Below, one piece after another: positions 35,320-47,500 of a stretch of DNA of 64,000 nucleotides. The position numbers and the translations under genes were made by a program. The notes below the pieces were generated by a model that saw only the letters and a list, made by a program, of their open reading frames with translations, made no database searches and was not told the origin of the DNA. Source of the DNA: Euglena gracilis (Eukaryota); NCBI GenBank assembly GCA_039621445.1, contig CP154954.1, positions 24,006,954-24,070,953 of the forward strand. Reading direction: 5' to 3'. Every line of letters begins with the position of its first letter. The stretch's first letter is position 1.

Positions 35320-38300
35320 ATGCAAAGCACAGGCCCCAACCATCAATTCAATTATGCCTTATTACAGGCATCATTGCAAGACATTGACCAAGAAAATGGG
35401 GATTGGAAGCTTTTATGTGAAAGTGCTTCCAGTTCCCACGCCGATGAGGCACAATTGGTTCAATTGTCACAATTGCAACACTTGTCATCATTGACAGTGG
35501 TCGGCGATGAGCCCTCCACATCATTGGCTTCAGAGGCTAATGCGGCCTCTTCCGCACTCACCTTGCCACAACGGGGGTATTCGCCTCTGTCTGCGGCAAT
35601 GGTGCAGCTGCGCACACCGGAGAGACCCGTGGTGATTCCGCCACTGGGCTTCTCTGGTGATGGTGGGCTGGAAACCCCGTGTTTCTTTCAACCACCACCC
35701 GTTCTTCCACCGGCAAGCCCTTACAGAGCTTTGCCACCACCACCCGATCTTGGGTGCTATCCCGCACTACCTTGGCAACCGGAGACTCGCCTAGTGGTAC
35801 CAGAATTCTCTGGTACGTCCCAACCCATGGATGGCTATGGGAAGAGCACTGGGGAGCTCCTCACTGCTGAGGATGTACAGGATATGGTTGCTCGGCTTCC
35901 AGGGGATCACCCCCTTGTGAGGCAGTTCAACCATGTGCAACAATGCGTTGCAGATTGTGCAACCGCACTCAACAAAGTGCTCCAGTTTGATGAGGACAAC
36001 CAAAAACATGTCTTCACCAAGCTGGAATACTGCTGGAATTACTTGCAGGAAGTTGGCAAATATTGCCAGAGGAATTTCGAAAGTGCGGGTATTGACCTTG
36101 CAAACTTTCGGGAAACCTTTGACAAAATGTGCCAACAACTCCCGCAAAACTTCCGGCAAATTGGTGAATGCATGCATGAAGCGGAAACCCGGAATGACTC
36201 CAAGTTTCTGCACTTGCATGACTCACTACAATATTTATCGGGACAAATGGAGTCCTTTTTATCCGCGTTGTCGCATTTGCAACAACAGTTGCATGCACGA
36301 GATTCCTCGTCTGCAACATCCAGCAGTGGTGGACTTGTGTCTATGGACCATTTCACCACATTGTCCGCAACTTTCCATGAATCGCAACACCGCATTATGC
36401 AGTTGTGCGATGAAACGGAAAAGTTTCGGCAATTTCAGTCACAAGCCAACGAGAATTTTGCTCCCCACACGTATCTGCGGCAGTTGGAGGAGCGACTTTC
36501 CTGTTTGGAGCAGAAAACCTGGTATTGTGACGCACATCGGGTTGGTTTATCCAATCTGAGCGCGAAAGTCGCGGAAGTAGCACAACGGCAGGATTCCCTG
36601 CAGTTGCAGTTGCAATCCGACATTGGCGGGATTAACTCGGCCATTGCGGGGTTGCAACAAAGCTATTCCGCACCTTCCCACCGAGTTCCGGACATTAGCG
36701 GTATTCAGACTGCTATTGGGGAACTCCAGACCCGGTATGCATCGGTGTCTACCAAAGTAACGGAAATGCAGTCTCTACCTGCAGGTTCCAGGACCCAGAT
36801 TACCGAGAACCCTGATTTCAAGGCATTTTATGACAACATGCTCACTAACAATCGGGAAACCTTGCAAGATTTCTGCAACAGCCTATTACGGCTTGAGGAA
36901 TCGGTGAATCGGAATGCCCGATCCACGCAAGGTGAGATTACCAGGTTGGATGAGCGAATTTCCGCGTTGTTGGATAAGCCACAATTCGGAAATTTGCCCG
37001 TGGGTACCACAACCGCGTTGTCGGATAACCCTGCACCGGTTGCACCCACCCCCACACCAACCAAGACATCACCTTTGCAGATTCTCTCAAATGCTGTAAA
37101 AGCATTAATGGGACAACTCCAATTATTGCGTAAGTCTCACGGGAAACTTGTCCAAGATGTTACCGGAATTTCCGAAAGGATTCCACACTTGGATGACTTT
37201 TCCCGTTACCGCAAGCGTATTCGCGCTTTGGAGGATGAAGTTGACCGTATTTGCGGCCAACTCCAACTCGTTGAGCATTTGGAGCAAAGTGTGCATGACG
37301 TGACTGTGGGTTTGGATAATGTGTCCAACCAACAGCGGGTTTCACACCGCAATTCGGCAGTATGCATTGCCGAAGATGCGCCAAATGTTCCAGAGTCGCG
37401 TTTCCATAACCCGGCTCTGGGTGCACATGCACCACCACCACCCGTGTCCCGAGTGTCACAATCCGCGATTCCGCGAACTGTGCCACCATTGGCCTTTTCC
37501 AAAACCCAAACCCAGTTTTCGGATGAATTTCCCATTACGGGAACCGAATTTTCGGAAAACACGGCGATTCCGCCAAGTCTCCACCAAGAAATCCATCATT
37601 CCATGCTTGTGCGTGGAATGAGCCAAACCCGTACACCGGGAGTGGGTCACATGTTGCATGCGTGACATACCCCCACACCGGAGAGTCCCCCTATTACGGG
37701 TGACCAACAGGGTTTGCGACAAGATTTCCGGTACCAGGATTCACCTTCACCAGAAATCTCGCGATTCCGACAAGAATCCGGAAAGGATACGCTTGGTGCT
37801 CGAGCGTACCCAGGCCCAAAACCGCGGAATACCACCGAGGGTCATTGGGTTTCTCAGAAAGACTTCAAGGGCACCATCGCAATCGCGAATAAGGTGAAAC
37901 CCCAATGGGACGGTGATCCAACCACATGGAGACAGTTTTTCCGGGACTGGGAGTATTACTGGGCATTGAAAGGGCCGACCCAGGACACAAACCCGGAGGT
38001 GATCAAGAAGGAATTCATCGATTGTCTCCCTAGGGATGAGAAGGAGCGCGCGCGACAACTTGTCATTCGCTACCGCGGTTCCTTCGATGACCTGGTAGAG
38101 CAATACGCTTCCACCAGTTCAAGTTTGGTCGCTAGGATTACCCTGGAGACCAAGTGGCGGCAATGCGCCCCACCCGATCGGAAGTGGAAGTCCATTGACC
38201 TTTGGTATGCCAAATGGTTAGGACTTGCCGCTGAAGTGGATGAACTCAGTGAAAAGCAAATGCGCGAACAGTTCGATGCTGTTCTCATGCATTTCACGCC

Positions 38301-39325
38301 TAGCCTCATCAAGGATATCCACCGTGAGGAGTTGGCGAGTCACCCATTGACTCTTGACCAGCGCTGGAACTACGTTTCCAAGCAATTGAAGCTATCACAG
38401 CTTCTTGGTCAGATTCAATCCGCGTATAACGCACACCCAACCGCTGGATTACCGGCTGGTTCGGTGAACGCATTGCAAAAATCACCGGTTTCACCCACTT
38501 CACCAACCACGGGATCGAAAACGCGATACCCGCGTTCTTCGGACCAAGCCACGAATAAAGTGTGCTTTTTGTGCAACAAATCGGGACATATGTCTCGGGA
38601 ATGTCCTAATCCTGAAGTGCGTAAGCGTATTCAGAGTCCGCGAGGCTCGACCTCATCACGGGGTTCGGGTTCCTCCGCGTTTTCACGCCAATCGGGCAAT
38701 TCACGGTCATCGGGTCCCCGTTCCGGTGGTATTAGCCCCCGGATCCCGTTCCGCGATGAGCGGAAACACGGTACCCCTCGGGGTAGGTCACCCGGTGCCC
38801 CGGCCAAGAAGCGTGATTCTCATCGCGAGACATCGCGATCGCGTTCGCGAAGCGGATCATCCTCTTCGCGATCCTCATCGGGAAAACCCCGATACACCGG
38901 TCATGGTCGACGGGATATCCGGTCACCACGACGGTTTGACGGGAAATCGGGAAACCGATCCCCCCGTTACCCAGAATCGCGACACAAATCTCGGTGTTCG
39001 CTTTGTGGATCACCACTCATCCAAATGTCCGCGTTCTCGTTCTCCCCTCCCTGGCCAACGTCATCGCGGTATGAATCGCGGTGACAAGGGTCACTCCTCC
39101 AACCGCCATAAAGTCGGTTTCAAGATATCTTGTTTGGAGGATGACACCCCGGCTTCGGGCAGGGAGGGGGATGAGACCACGGATACCGACTTCGATGAGG
39201 CCCGCATGGCGGGGCGCACGTGGAAATCTGTTTATACCTCTAAAAGGCCCATAGCCGGCTATTCGGCCGGTTCGGTACCTGGAGTAGGGGAGATCGAGGT
39301 CCGAGGGCACGGACCTCTGGGCTGA
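35320..39325 (+). pseudogene. gag: gag of B1 (long coiled coil, capsid-like region, two CCHC knuckles, SR-rich tail)
   Basis: KPQWDGDPTTWRQF; CFLCNKSGHMSREC; in-frame TGA at 37663-37665 (CGA in sister copy); 8-bp deletion in the second knuckle relative to the sister copy. Confidence 0.88.
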
Positions 39326-39445
39326 TGAACAGATGGAGGTAGGACCTGATCAACCCTGCCCCCCCTGCCCATCTGCCTTTGTGGTCGGTACGCGGAAAAT
39401 TTTCGGGTCCCCCTCCCCCCTCTCCAACTTTCCGCTCGTAATGTT

Positions 39446-42400
39446 GTGAAAAGTAGGAAAGGGTTCATGGGAAAGCTGGCAAGAAATATATTTTCGCCAG
39501 ACCCTTCACTTTGCTTACCACCCATGGAACTTTTGGTCCAAGCGGAAATCAGAATCCAAAACTTTTGTGCAAAAGTCAAAATTCTCATTGACACTGGTTG
39601 TCGCATTGCACTACTTTTTGGTTCGGTTGATACCAACCCCCCTCTTGGTGAAAGCCAAGAAGCCGATCAAAATTACGACGGCAGACAACACCCCCATGTG
39701 CAGTGGTGACTTGGGATGCTTTTTGGACATTGTCCTACCCCTCATCCCCAAGCACCACTCACACCCCCCCCAACCGCAAAATTTTCCGGATACCTGGGGA
39801 TACGAATCTGGAATCCATGGTTCTGACGTAATTCTGGGATACCCCTTTTTACGTCAGCACCGGCTGGTAGTGGATTGCCACTCCCACGGTTTGCGCACAT
39901 CACCATTCTCTTCATTGTCCCCCAAACCTTCATCACAGGTGGCGTCAACCGCGACGACCACCAATTTTTCCACACCGTTTTCAAAAACTTTTACCCCGTT
40001 ACCAACCACACCAACCAACGTTTTCCACACCGGGTGTACCGAGAAAGTTCACCCCCTGCCCATTGACACACCAACTTCCGTTCCCCATGAGGCAGGGCAA
40101 GCGAGTAGCGGTACCCCCCTCGTTCCACTGGGTTACAAGACGAAAGCCCAAAGGCCTGAAGTTATAACGGTGTCGAGTAGTCGCCCAGCTGCACTAATAC
40201 CCCGTTTTCCACCAGATGTATCGCTTTCAGATACATCTGTACACCCCCCAGCAGCTACAAAAGCGCATCCCAACTTTTACACACACCCTCACCAGACCAA
40301 CATGCGCGACCAGGACACTTCCTTCCAATGTGTGCACTGTAGGAGAATTTCCGCCCAGCCAGATTTCGATTGTGGATGTTTAGTCCAAACACCAACACTA
40401 ATCCCGATTTCGTGTCACCATACACTTGGTTGCGGTTCGCAATGCACGACCGTACATCAAGTGCTCCAACAACGACGTATTGCCTTGTTGTTTGGGACCG
40501 CGAAATCCGTGTCACACACCTCCCCCACCTCCATCTGGCATGATATGGACTGGGTATGCACCCATCCAACCCATCAACCCTTGGGAATGCCCCTAGGGAG
40601 TGTGGATGACACACCCTTGACCTATGTTTGCGGATCCCTAAATTGCGTCACCAGTCTTCAACCCGCGAACCAGGTCAATAGATACGCGATGCGCGTATGG
40701 AACGCATTTAATTTTGGCCAATACCGTATTTTGGAGGAATGGTTCTCCAAAATCGCGGCTTTGGCTGATTCATTCGATTTGTCGTTGGAAATTGATGTGT
40801 TTTCATCAAAAGCGCATGCGCGCTTGTCGCGATATTGGTCGCGACATTCCAACGCGTTTCTGAAATTTTGGGGTGATACGGTGCTCTGGATGCACCCTCC
40901 CCCAAAACTTATCCCGGATGTGGTGGAGAAAATCCTCCGCGATGAAGCGCGAGGAGCTCTCCTCATACCCGTCAATCCGAATGCGGATTGGTTTCACCAA
41001 CTATTCGATGTGTGTTTTCATTGGTGGGATTTACCCGCTGATGTACCACTATTTGAGGATTTTTGTGGTATATTATTACCACCTGTAAAAGAAATCATTT
41101 TTCGCGTTTGTTTCTTCGACGCATTCGGAATATCCGATGTGCGTGTGCCAAGATGCCTTGGTACCAATGGGGATGCCACACCCTCAACGCAGATTTCTGC
41201 GGTCATTGAGAGTGCGGACCAACACCCCAAGTCTGCTGACTATTGTTCGCAAATTACTCGCGAATTTCATGGTGTTCTGGATAACCCAGTATACGCCTGC
41301 GACATCGACCCCGCGAGTCGCGGTCCATTCGGTGTTTGCAAAATCGAGCTCAAGGATGGCGCTAAATCCATGCACCGGAAATTCTTCCTTTGTTCGGGTG
41401 AACGCGAACAGGCTCTCAACGAGATGATTGAGAAGCTCATCCAGCGGAAGTGGATTATCCCTTCCAAGAGCGAATGGACATCACAAGCTTTTGTGGTGCC
41501 CAAACCCGCTGACCAGTCTGGTCAGAAGAAGTGGAGACTAGTGCTGGATTACCGGTACCTGAACTCCCAAACGAAGGATGACCCCTTCCCGTTACCGCTG
41601 ATCGAGGATTTGATCACCAGACAATCGGATAACCGGTTGTAGTCAATCTTTGATCTGGAAGACGGTTTCCATCAGATGCATTTGCAACCTGATTCGCAAC
41701 CGTGTACGGCATTCGTGACATCCAAAGGTGAGTAACAATGGACGGTACTCCCCATGGGTGTTAAGAATGGCCCAGCCATGTTTCAACGCATGATCCAGTG
41801 GGTTTTGCGCGATTTACCGTTTGCTCTGGTGTACATCGATGATGTACTGGTGGGAACCCAACCGCCATCCGCGAAATCGGGCGAGGACATCCTCGACCCG
41901 CATTATCACGATGTGCGCGCGGCGTTATCCGCGTTCCAAAAGCAACGTGCTTTTTGTGAAGGGTTCCAAAATGCACCTGTTTCGCAAACTTATTAAGTTT
42001 TTGCGGGCATATCCTGAGCAACGAGCAGCGTAAAGCCGCACCCAGTAAGATGGAGGCCATTAAGAAATGTACTCCTGAGGTCATTAAGACCTTAACGCAT
42101 TTAAAGGGATTTTTGGGATTAGCCCAATATTACGCGATTTACATGAAAGATTTCGCGAAAATCGCGGTACCCCTAACCCGACAACTCAAAAATCGGACAC
42201 CCGATAACGCAAAAGTCATTTGGGATGACCAAATGCGCGAGGCCTTGAATAAAATCAAGGACTTGCTGCTCGAGAACGTGGTTCTCGATATCGCGGATCC
42301 ATATAAACCGTATGTCCTGGAGGTCGACAGCAGCGATTACGCTGTTGGCGGAGTTCTTAGCCAGCATAATGCGGCGAATGAACTCCGACCTGTGGCTTTC

Positions 42401-44399
42401 TTCAGCAGGAAGCTACAGGACGAAAACGGGAAAGGACAGGTTAAATGGAGCATTCGCGAAAAGGAGACATGTGCCATTGTGCTTTTTCTCCAGAAATTCC
42501 GCAGCTGGATAGCCAGCAGCTTGGTCCAGATACTCGTATTGACGGATCATGAGAGCCTTCAACACTGGTATACCGAGGACCTAAACAAGGCCATGTCATC
42601 AGTGGGCAGAAGATGCCGATGGCATGAGTTCTTGAGCCAGTTTAACCTGGTGGTTATCTATACCCCAGGTCACACGCAAGAAGTAGCGGATCCTCTCAGC
42701 CGAGCCCCCTGGTATTATCCTGGGAACGCGGATGAGGGTGATGCGACTTTTCATGGCAGCCATGAGGCTGACCAGTTCGCACGTCGATCCGACGCTGCGG
42801 ACAACATGCTCGATTCACTACCCGTTTCCCGGGGGTATCGCAGCATCGCCATTTCACCATTGCGTGGAAGGCGCCGGCGTGGACGCACTGCCGGACCCCG
42901 TCGCAGTACGCGTACGGAAACTCCTACCCCCCTATTTTTCCGCGAATGGGATTATTCGCGTGACCCTATATATAGTACCATTGTGAACAGACTTCGTAAT
43001 GGTGAATCCATGAGAATTCCTCTCTATCACCATTGCGGCTTATTTTCCTTAATGATTCTGGTTATAAATATTGTATACCCCAAGACCTGGTTGATGATGT
43101 GATTTTGAGCTATCACAACCATGGTCACCCTGGGGCCCCCAAACTTCTTTCACTGGTGGGTCGCAGATATTGCACAACCCTGAGTGAAAAAGAATTATTT
43201 TCGCGCTGTTTGCGAATTTCGCAAAGGTGCCAAATTTGTCAGGCTGTAAAACCGCGCAGAGGTACCCCCCCTGGTACGATGGACTTTTTCACCGTACCAC
43301 CAGACATCTTTACGTCCCTCTGCATGGATTTTCTCGAACTTGAACCTTGCAAAGGATCAGATGACAAAATTTACGATTACGTTTTTGTTGTCGTCTGTCG
43401 GCTGAGTGAGTACATAGTAGCCATTCCATGCCGGAAAGCAGGGTTGACAGCCCAAATTTTGGCATCCATATTCCTGGAGAAATGTATCTGCTTAATGGGT
43501 TTACCGAACGAAATCGTGAGTGATCAAGATCACTTGATCTCTTCGCGGTTCTTCACAACTTTGTGCGGTTTACTCGGCATTGAGCAGCATTTTTCCATTA
43601 TATACCGCCCGAAAGGCAATGGTAGAGCCGAGGCAGCCGTGAAATCCGTTGTCAATATGTTTCGCCTTTCACTGCTGACTCGGGTAAGAATTGGTTATCC
43701 GTTCTTCATTGGTGTTTATTTTACATCAATACCTTGCCATGGTTGGTATTACCACACTCACCGTACAAAATTGTTTTCGGACGAGACCCTCCGGCCATAG
43801 GGGATATCCCCTCGGAGAGATCCGCCCGAAGTAGCGTCAGCTGTGAAGCGTGGTTTGCAGAAGTGGAATCACTCCGCTCTGCAGTCCAATCACGTATCAC
43901 AGAAAATCATTCCAACAAACGGAAATCGTTTTTACAAAACATCAACACACCTGTGTATAGTCCAGGTGACCGCGTGTGGGTACGGAATAACCGCACCCGC
44001 ATGCAATCTTCCAAGCTAGATCCTCTTTGGCTCGGCCCATGCGAAATCTTGGAGAGGTTAGGTAGTAGCGGGCGATATAAAGTTGCCGTGCCCAACGGGA
44101 TTGAGGACGTCCATATGGACGACTTCAAACCGTACCTAAGCCCCCCAGACGGAAAAGCTATCCCCTGCCTGTATTTCCAGCCCCGTTCCAGATTACCTGA
44201 AACGGACGACTTTGTGGTCGATAAGATAATAGACCACAAGGTCGACAGGGGTGTGCACTACTGGAAAGTTCGCTGGAAAGGGTATGGGCCAGAGGAGGAC
44301 ACTTGGGAACCAGCATCCAGTTTTGTTGGATATATCCAGCAGGATTGGAAGCTGTGGAACAAGCGCAACAACATAGACATAAACATAAACACTTTCTGA
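39446..44399 (+). pseudogene. pol: pol of B1: protease, MTase-like domain, RT, RNase H, integrase, chromodomain; multiple stops and frameshifts
   Basis: ILIDTGC, VILGYPFL, KWRLVLDY, PMGVKNGP, YIDD, VDSSDYAVGGVL, H-x3-H...CxxC, CMDF / VSDQD / [20 protein letters not shown]...[15 protein letters not shown]. Confidence 0.95.
40719..41125 (+). CDS. Phage-Dam/DIRS-like N6-adenine DNA methyltransferase domain inside B1 Pol
   Basis: IDVFSS (DxFAS-like SAM motif), RYWS, NAFxxxW, LWMHPPP (NPPF-like), LIPDVVEKI, LLIPxxxxxxWF, in the order typical of this family. Confidence 0.75.
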
Positions 44400-44596
44400 A
44401 ACTATTTCGTTTTGGAGAATGTATGTGTTTTTTGTGAATGTTTCGCGTTTATGACCCCCCCCTGCACTTCCTTATTTCTGTATCTTTCTCGCAGAGTTTT
44501 TGATTAAGATAGAAGCCTTGCTTTTTCAGTGCACCAGCACTCAAAGCGACTGACAACAAGGTTACCCTTAGTTGTCGTCGTCGTTCGGGTAGCATC

Positions 44597-47500
44597 ATGC
44601 TGCCGGGGCGCGGACCTGGACCAGGTCCACCATGGCCACAGCCTTCTGGCGCGCCATACCCCCAGTACCCTCAGTATGCTGAGGCCCCGATTCCAGGTGC
44701 CCCACATGCTGAGAGGGTTTCAGCCCCGGTATTCGCCACGGCTACTAGCAGCCGGTCCGCATATGCGGTGCCAGATGCACCTGCCGTCCAGCAGCCGGCA
44801 CCTCAGCCACCAGCGCAGCGCAGATCGCGCCTGCCCCCGTATGCAGGAGAGATGATCTTCCGCACTACGGAGACGTTGGAGCGGGCGATGCGTATGTGCG
44901 CACACCCCCCAACGGAGCCCTTTATGCAAGCCCTTTGGGATGCATACTGTGCTCAGTTGTTGGTGGTAGCCAACACCCCGGTGGCTCAGTGGTGTCCCTG
45001 TGGTCAAGCCCTGATGACGGGGAGACGGTATTTCTCGTCGGCATCCGATTCCGGATTCGAGCCTGGCGAGACAATGATGGACCTGGGCGTGTATGTGCCG
45101 CCCATGCTGCAAACGCAGACGCCGGTGGGATCCCACACCGTGCATATGTGTGAGCACACGCCCCCACCGGTAGGTGAACCTGTGCATGTCCCACCTGGGA
45201 TGACGAGAATTTTTGCTCGCCCGCCCTCGCCGCAGCGAATGCCGCCGCGCGAGCCGCCAGCGGAGCAATTTGTCTCGCAGTACGCGACGCACGCGGATTA
45301 CCCGCGCGGCGCACGCGTGCTCCCAGCTGGACAGTCGGACGTGCCCCCTGAGGCATACGTCCAACACATGTTCATGCACTGGATGCCACAGGCATTACCG
45401 GTTGCCCCTGTCCCTGGCGTTGAGCCACGGCGACAGGTGGAGCCCATAGTGGTGGAGGATGAACCTCCCCACCGTGTGCCAGCCCGACCGCCCAGTGCAG
45501 CCCCTGTCCAGACTGGGGATATTCCCCGTCGGCAGGAAACTCCCTACTATTACATGGCACCTCCGGGAACCGAGCAGGATGAGCTTGCTCGGCACTTCCT
45601 GCAGGAGCCAGCACTCGCGTCTGAAGAGCACCGGTCGAGGTATTACGCCTCTCTGGCTGCCCTTCAGGGCCGTGGATACACCCCCTACCATCCGTACCAG
45701 CCGCAGCTGCGGGTGGCAACCCCGGTATTACCCGGTGAGCCCCCGGCAGGTGTGGCAGTATTACCTGCCACCCTGAAGCGCGACAGGACTACGGAGAACC
45801 TTACCCCACAGCCCAGGCGACCCAGCCCACGGGACGCGGAAGGCGGTGTGGCAATGCAGGTGGAAGCCAGCCAGGATACCCCGACTGGACGACCACCGGC
45901 AGAGGCACAGGTGGCGATGAGCCGTCCTGTTGCCGCTATGCCACCGCCGATCCCTCCGGTATGGAAGGAGCCGCGACCCCCTGCGTCGAAGCCAAGCCCA
46001 CGCCAGACTCCTAGCCAGCGCCCAGCCACGCCATCACCACGACGTGCAGCGGAGCGGCCAGGTCCCTCCCAGGAGATGGAATTGGAAGGAACCGAACCGA
46101 CTCCGGCGGCACCGAGCGCCCGACCCTCTGGTATTCGCCAGACGGGAAAGGACACAGGCAAGGCCGAGGGCAAAGGCAAGGGAGAAGGCAAAGGCGTGGC
46201 CGTCAAAGGGAAGGGTGAGGGTAAAGGTAAGGGAACAGCACGTGAGGAGGAAGAGGAACCAGCTGAAGTCCTCTCGGACTTTGAGCATATGCTCAGGTTC
46301 AAGGAGGAGCTGGAGGACGAAGGCTGGCGAATGCAGCATGATTACCATGTTGCAGGAAACCGCCCCGTCACCCCTCCACAAGCAGTCATCGATGTGGTAT
46401 TACGCCACACCGAGAACAGAGTCAGACTGTTCCATTACGGAATAGATCTGTACGCCATCGAAGGTGAAGGTGGCAGACCCTTGCTGGATGCCCAGCCTGG
46501 TTTCTGGGAGCTCTGGTTTTGGCTGGGATACCCCTGCCAGAACTGGGGTCTCTTCAGCGACTCCACTGGTCGCAGTTACCTGCACCAGTTGGGATTTCGG
46601 GACCAGCGTGTGTTGGCCCGAAGGCTGAAGGCAATCTTCGACTGTATTCATACAGTCGGACCCCTCGGTGTGCAGTGGGAAATCTACCCACTACACCCTG
46701 ACATCGAACGCCTGATCGAGGTGTTGTGGTGCAACAACCTCCAGGTGTGGCTGGTGAGCCATTACGGCTCCACCTTCCGCGTTAAGCGTGTTTCCCTGGC
46801 TTACCCGCAGAGGTATGACCTCTGCTGTAAGTACTGCCGGCAGGAATTTCCTGTCGAGTTCTGGGGATTCGGCGTGCGCGGAAGTCCTCCACCGCCTCGT
46901 GATAACCCGGGCGTGGAGATGGGACGCCGCATGCTTATGCATGTGTGCCGCGACGCCCCGGATGTCCAGGGCAAAAGTCGCCGCGTCCACAAGCAGCGTA
47001 TTTTTATGCTGCAGCAGTTCTGGTGGCGAGCCTGGACCACCTATGTCATGGAGGTGTATATACATCTCCGTGACCCCCAGGACGATAGGCCTGGTATGGA
47101 AAGCCTGCCACCGGATTACGGTGACGCCATCGAGGGTCCTCGTCGTCGGATTCTCGGCCACCTGCGCCCCAACTGGCACCTGGCTGATATCAGCCTGCAG
47201 GAACATTTGCGGCGACAGTTTGGCGGTACCCTCGACCGGGAGGTATTCCTTCCGCTGATGTGTCACCCGGAGGCCATCCTCGAACAGCGTATGCCGATTC
47301 TGGCATGCGTTCAGGAGTTCGAGGAGGGCTTTTTCGAGGTCTGGGAAGACACGCGTTACCGCGGCTTCCTGGGCCCAAACAGGCCTGCCAACGCCTGGGT
47401 GCAGCCATCATGGCCGCCACCCTGGCCCAACAGCGCCAGCAGCAGTACGCTGGCCTTTTACAGGCTGGCGGATGCCCAGGGATGCCGATGGCACCCCGAC

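Noticed and set aside
39240-39570. Programmed gag-pol frameshift in B1
   Set aside because: Several mutational frameshifts obscure the junction; no clear slippery site identified.
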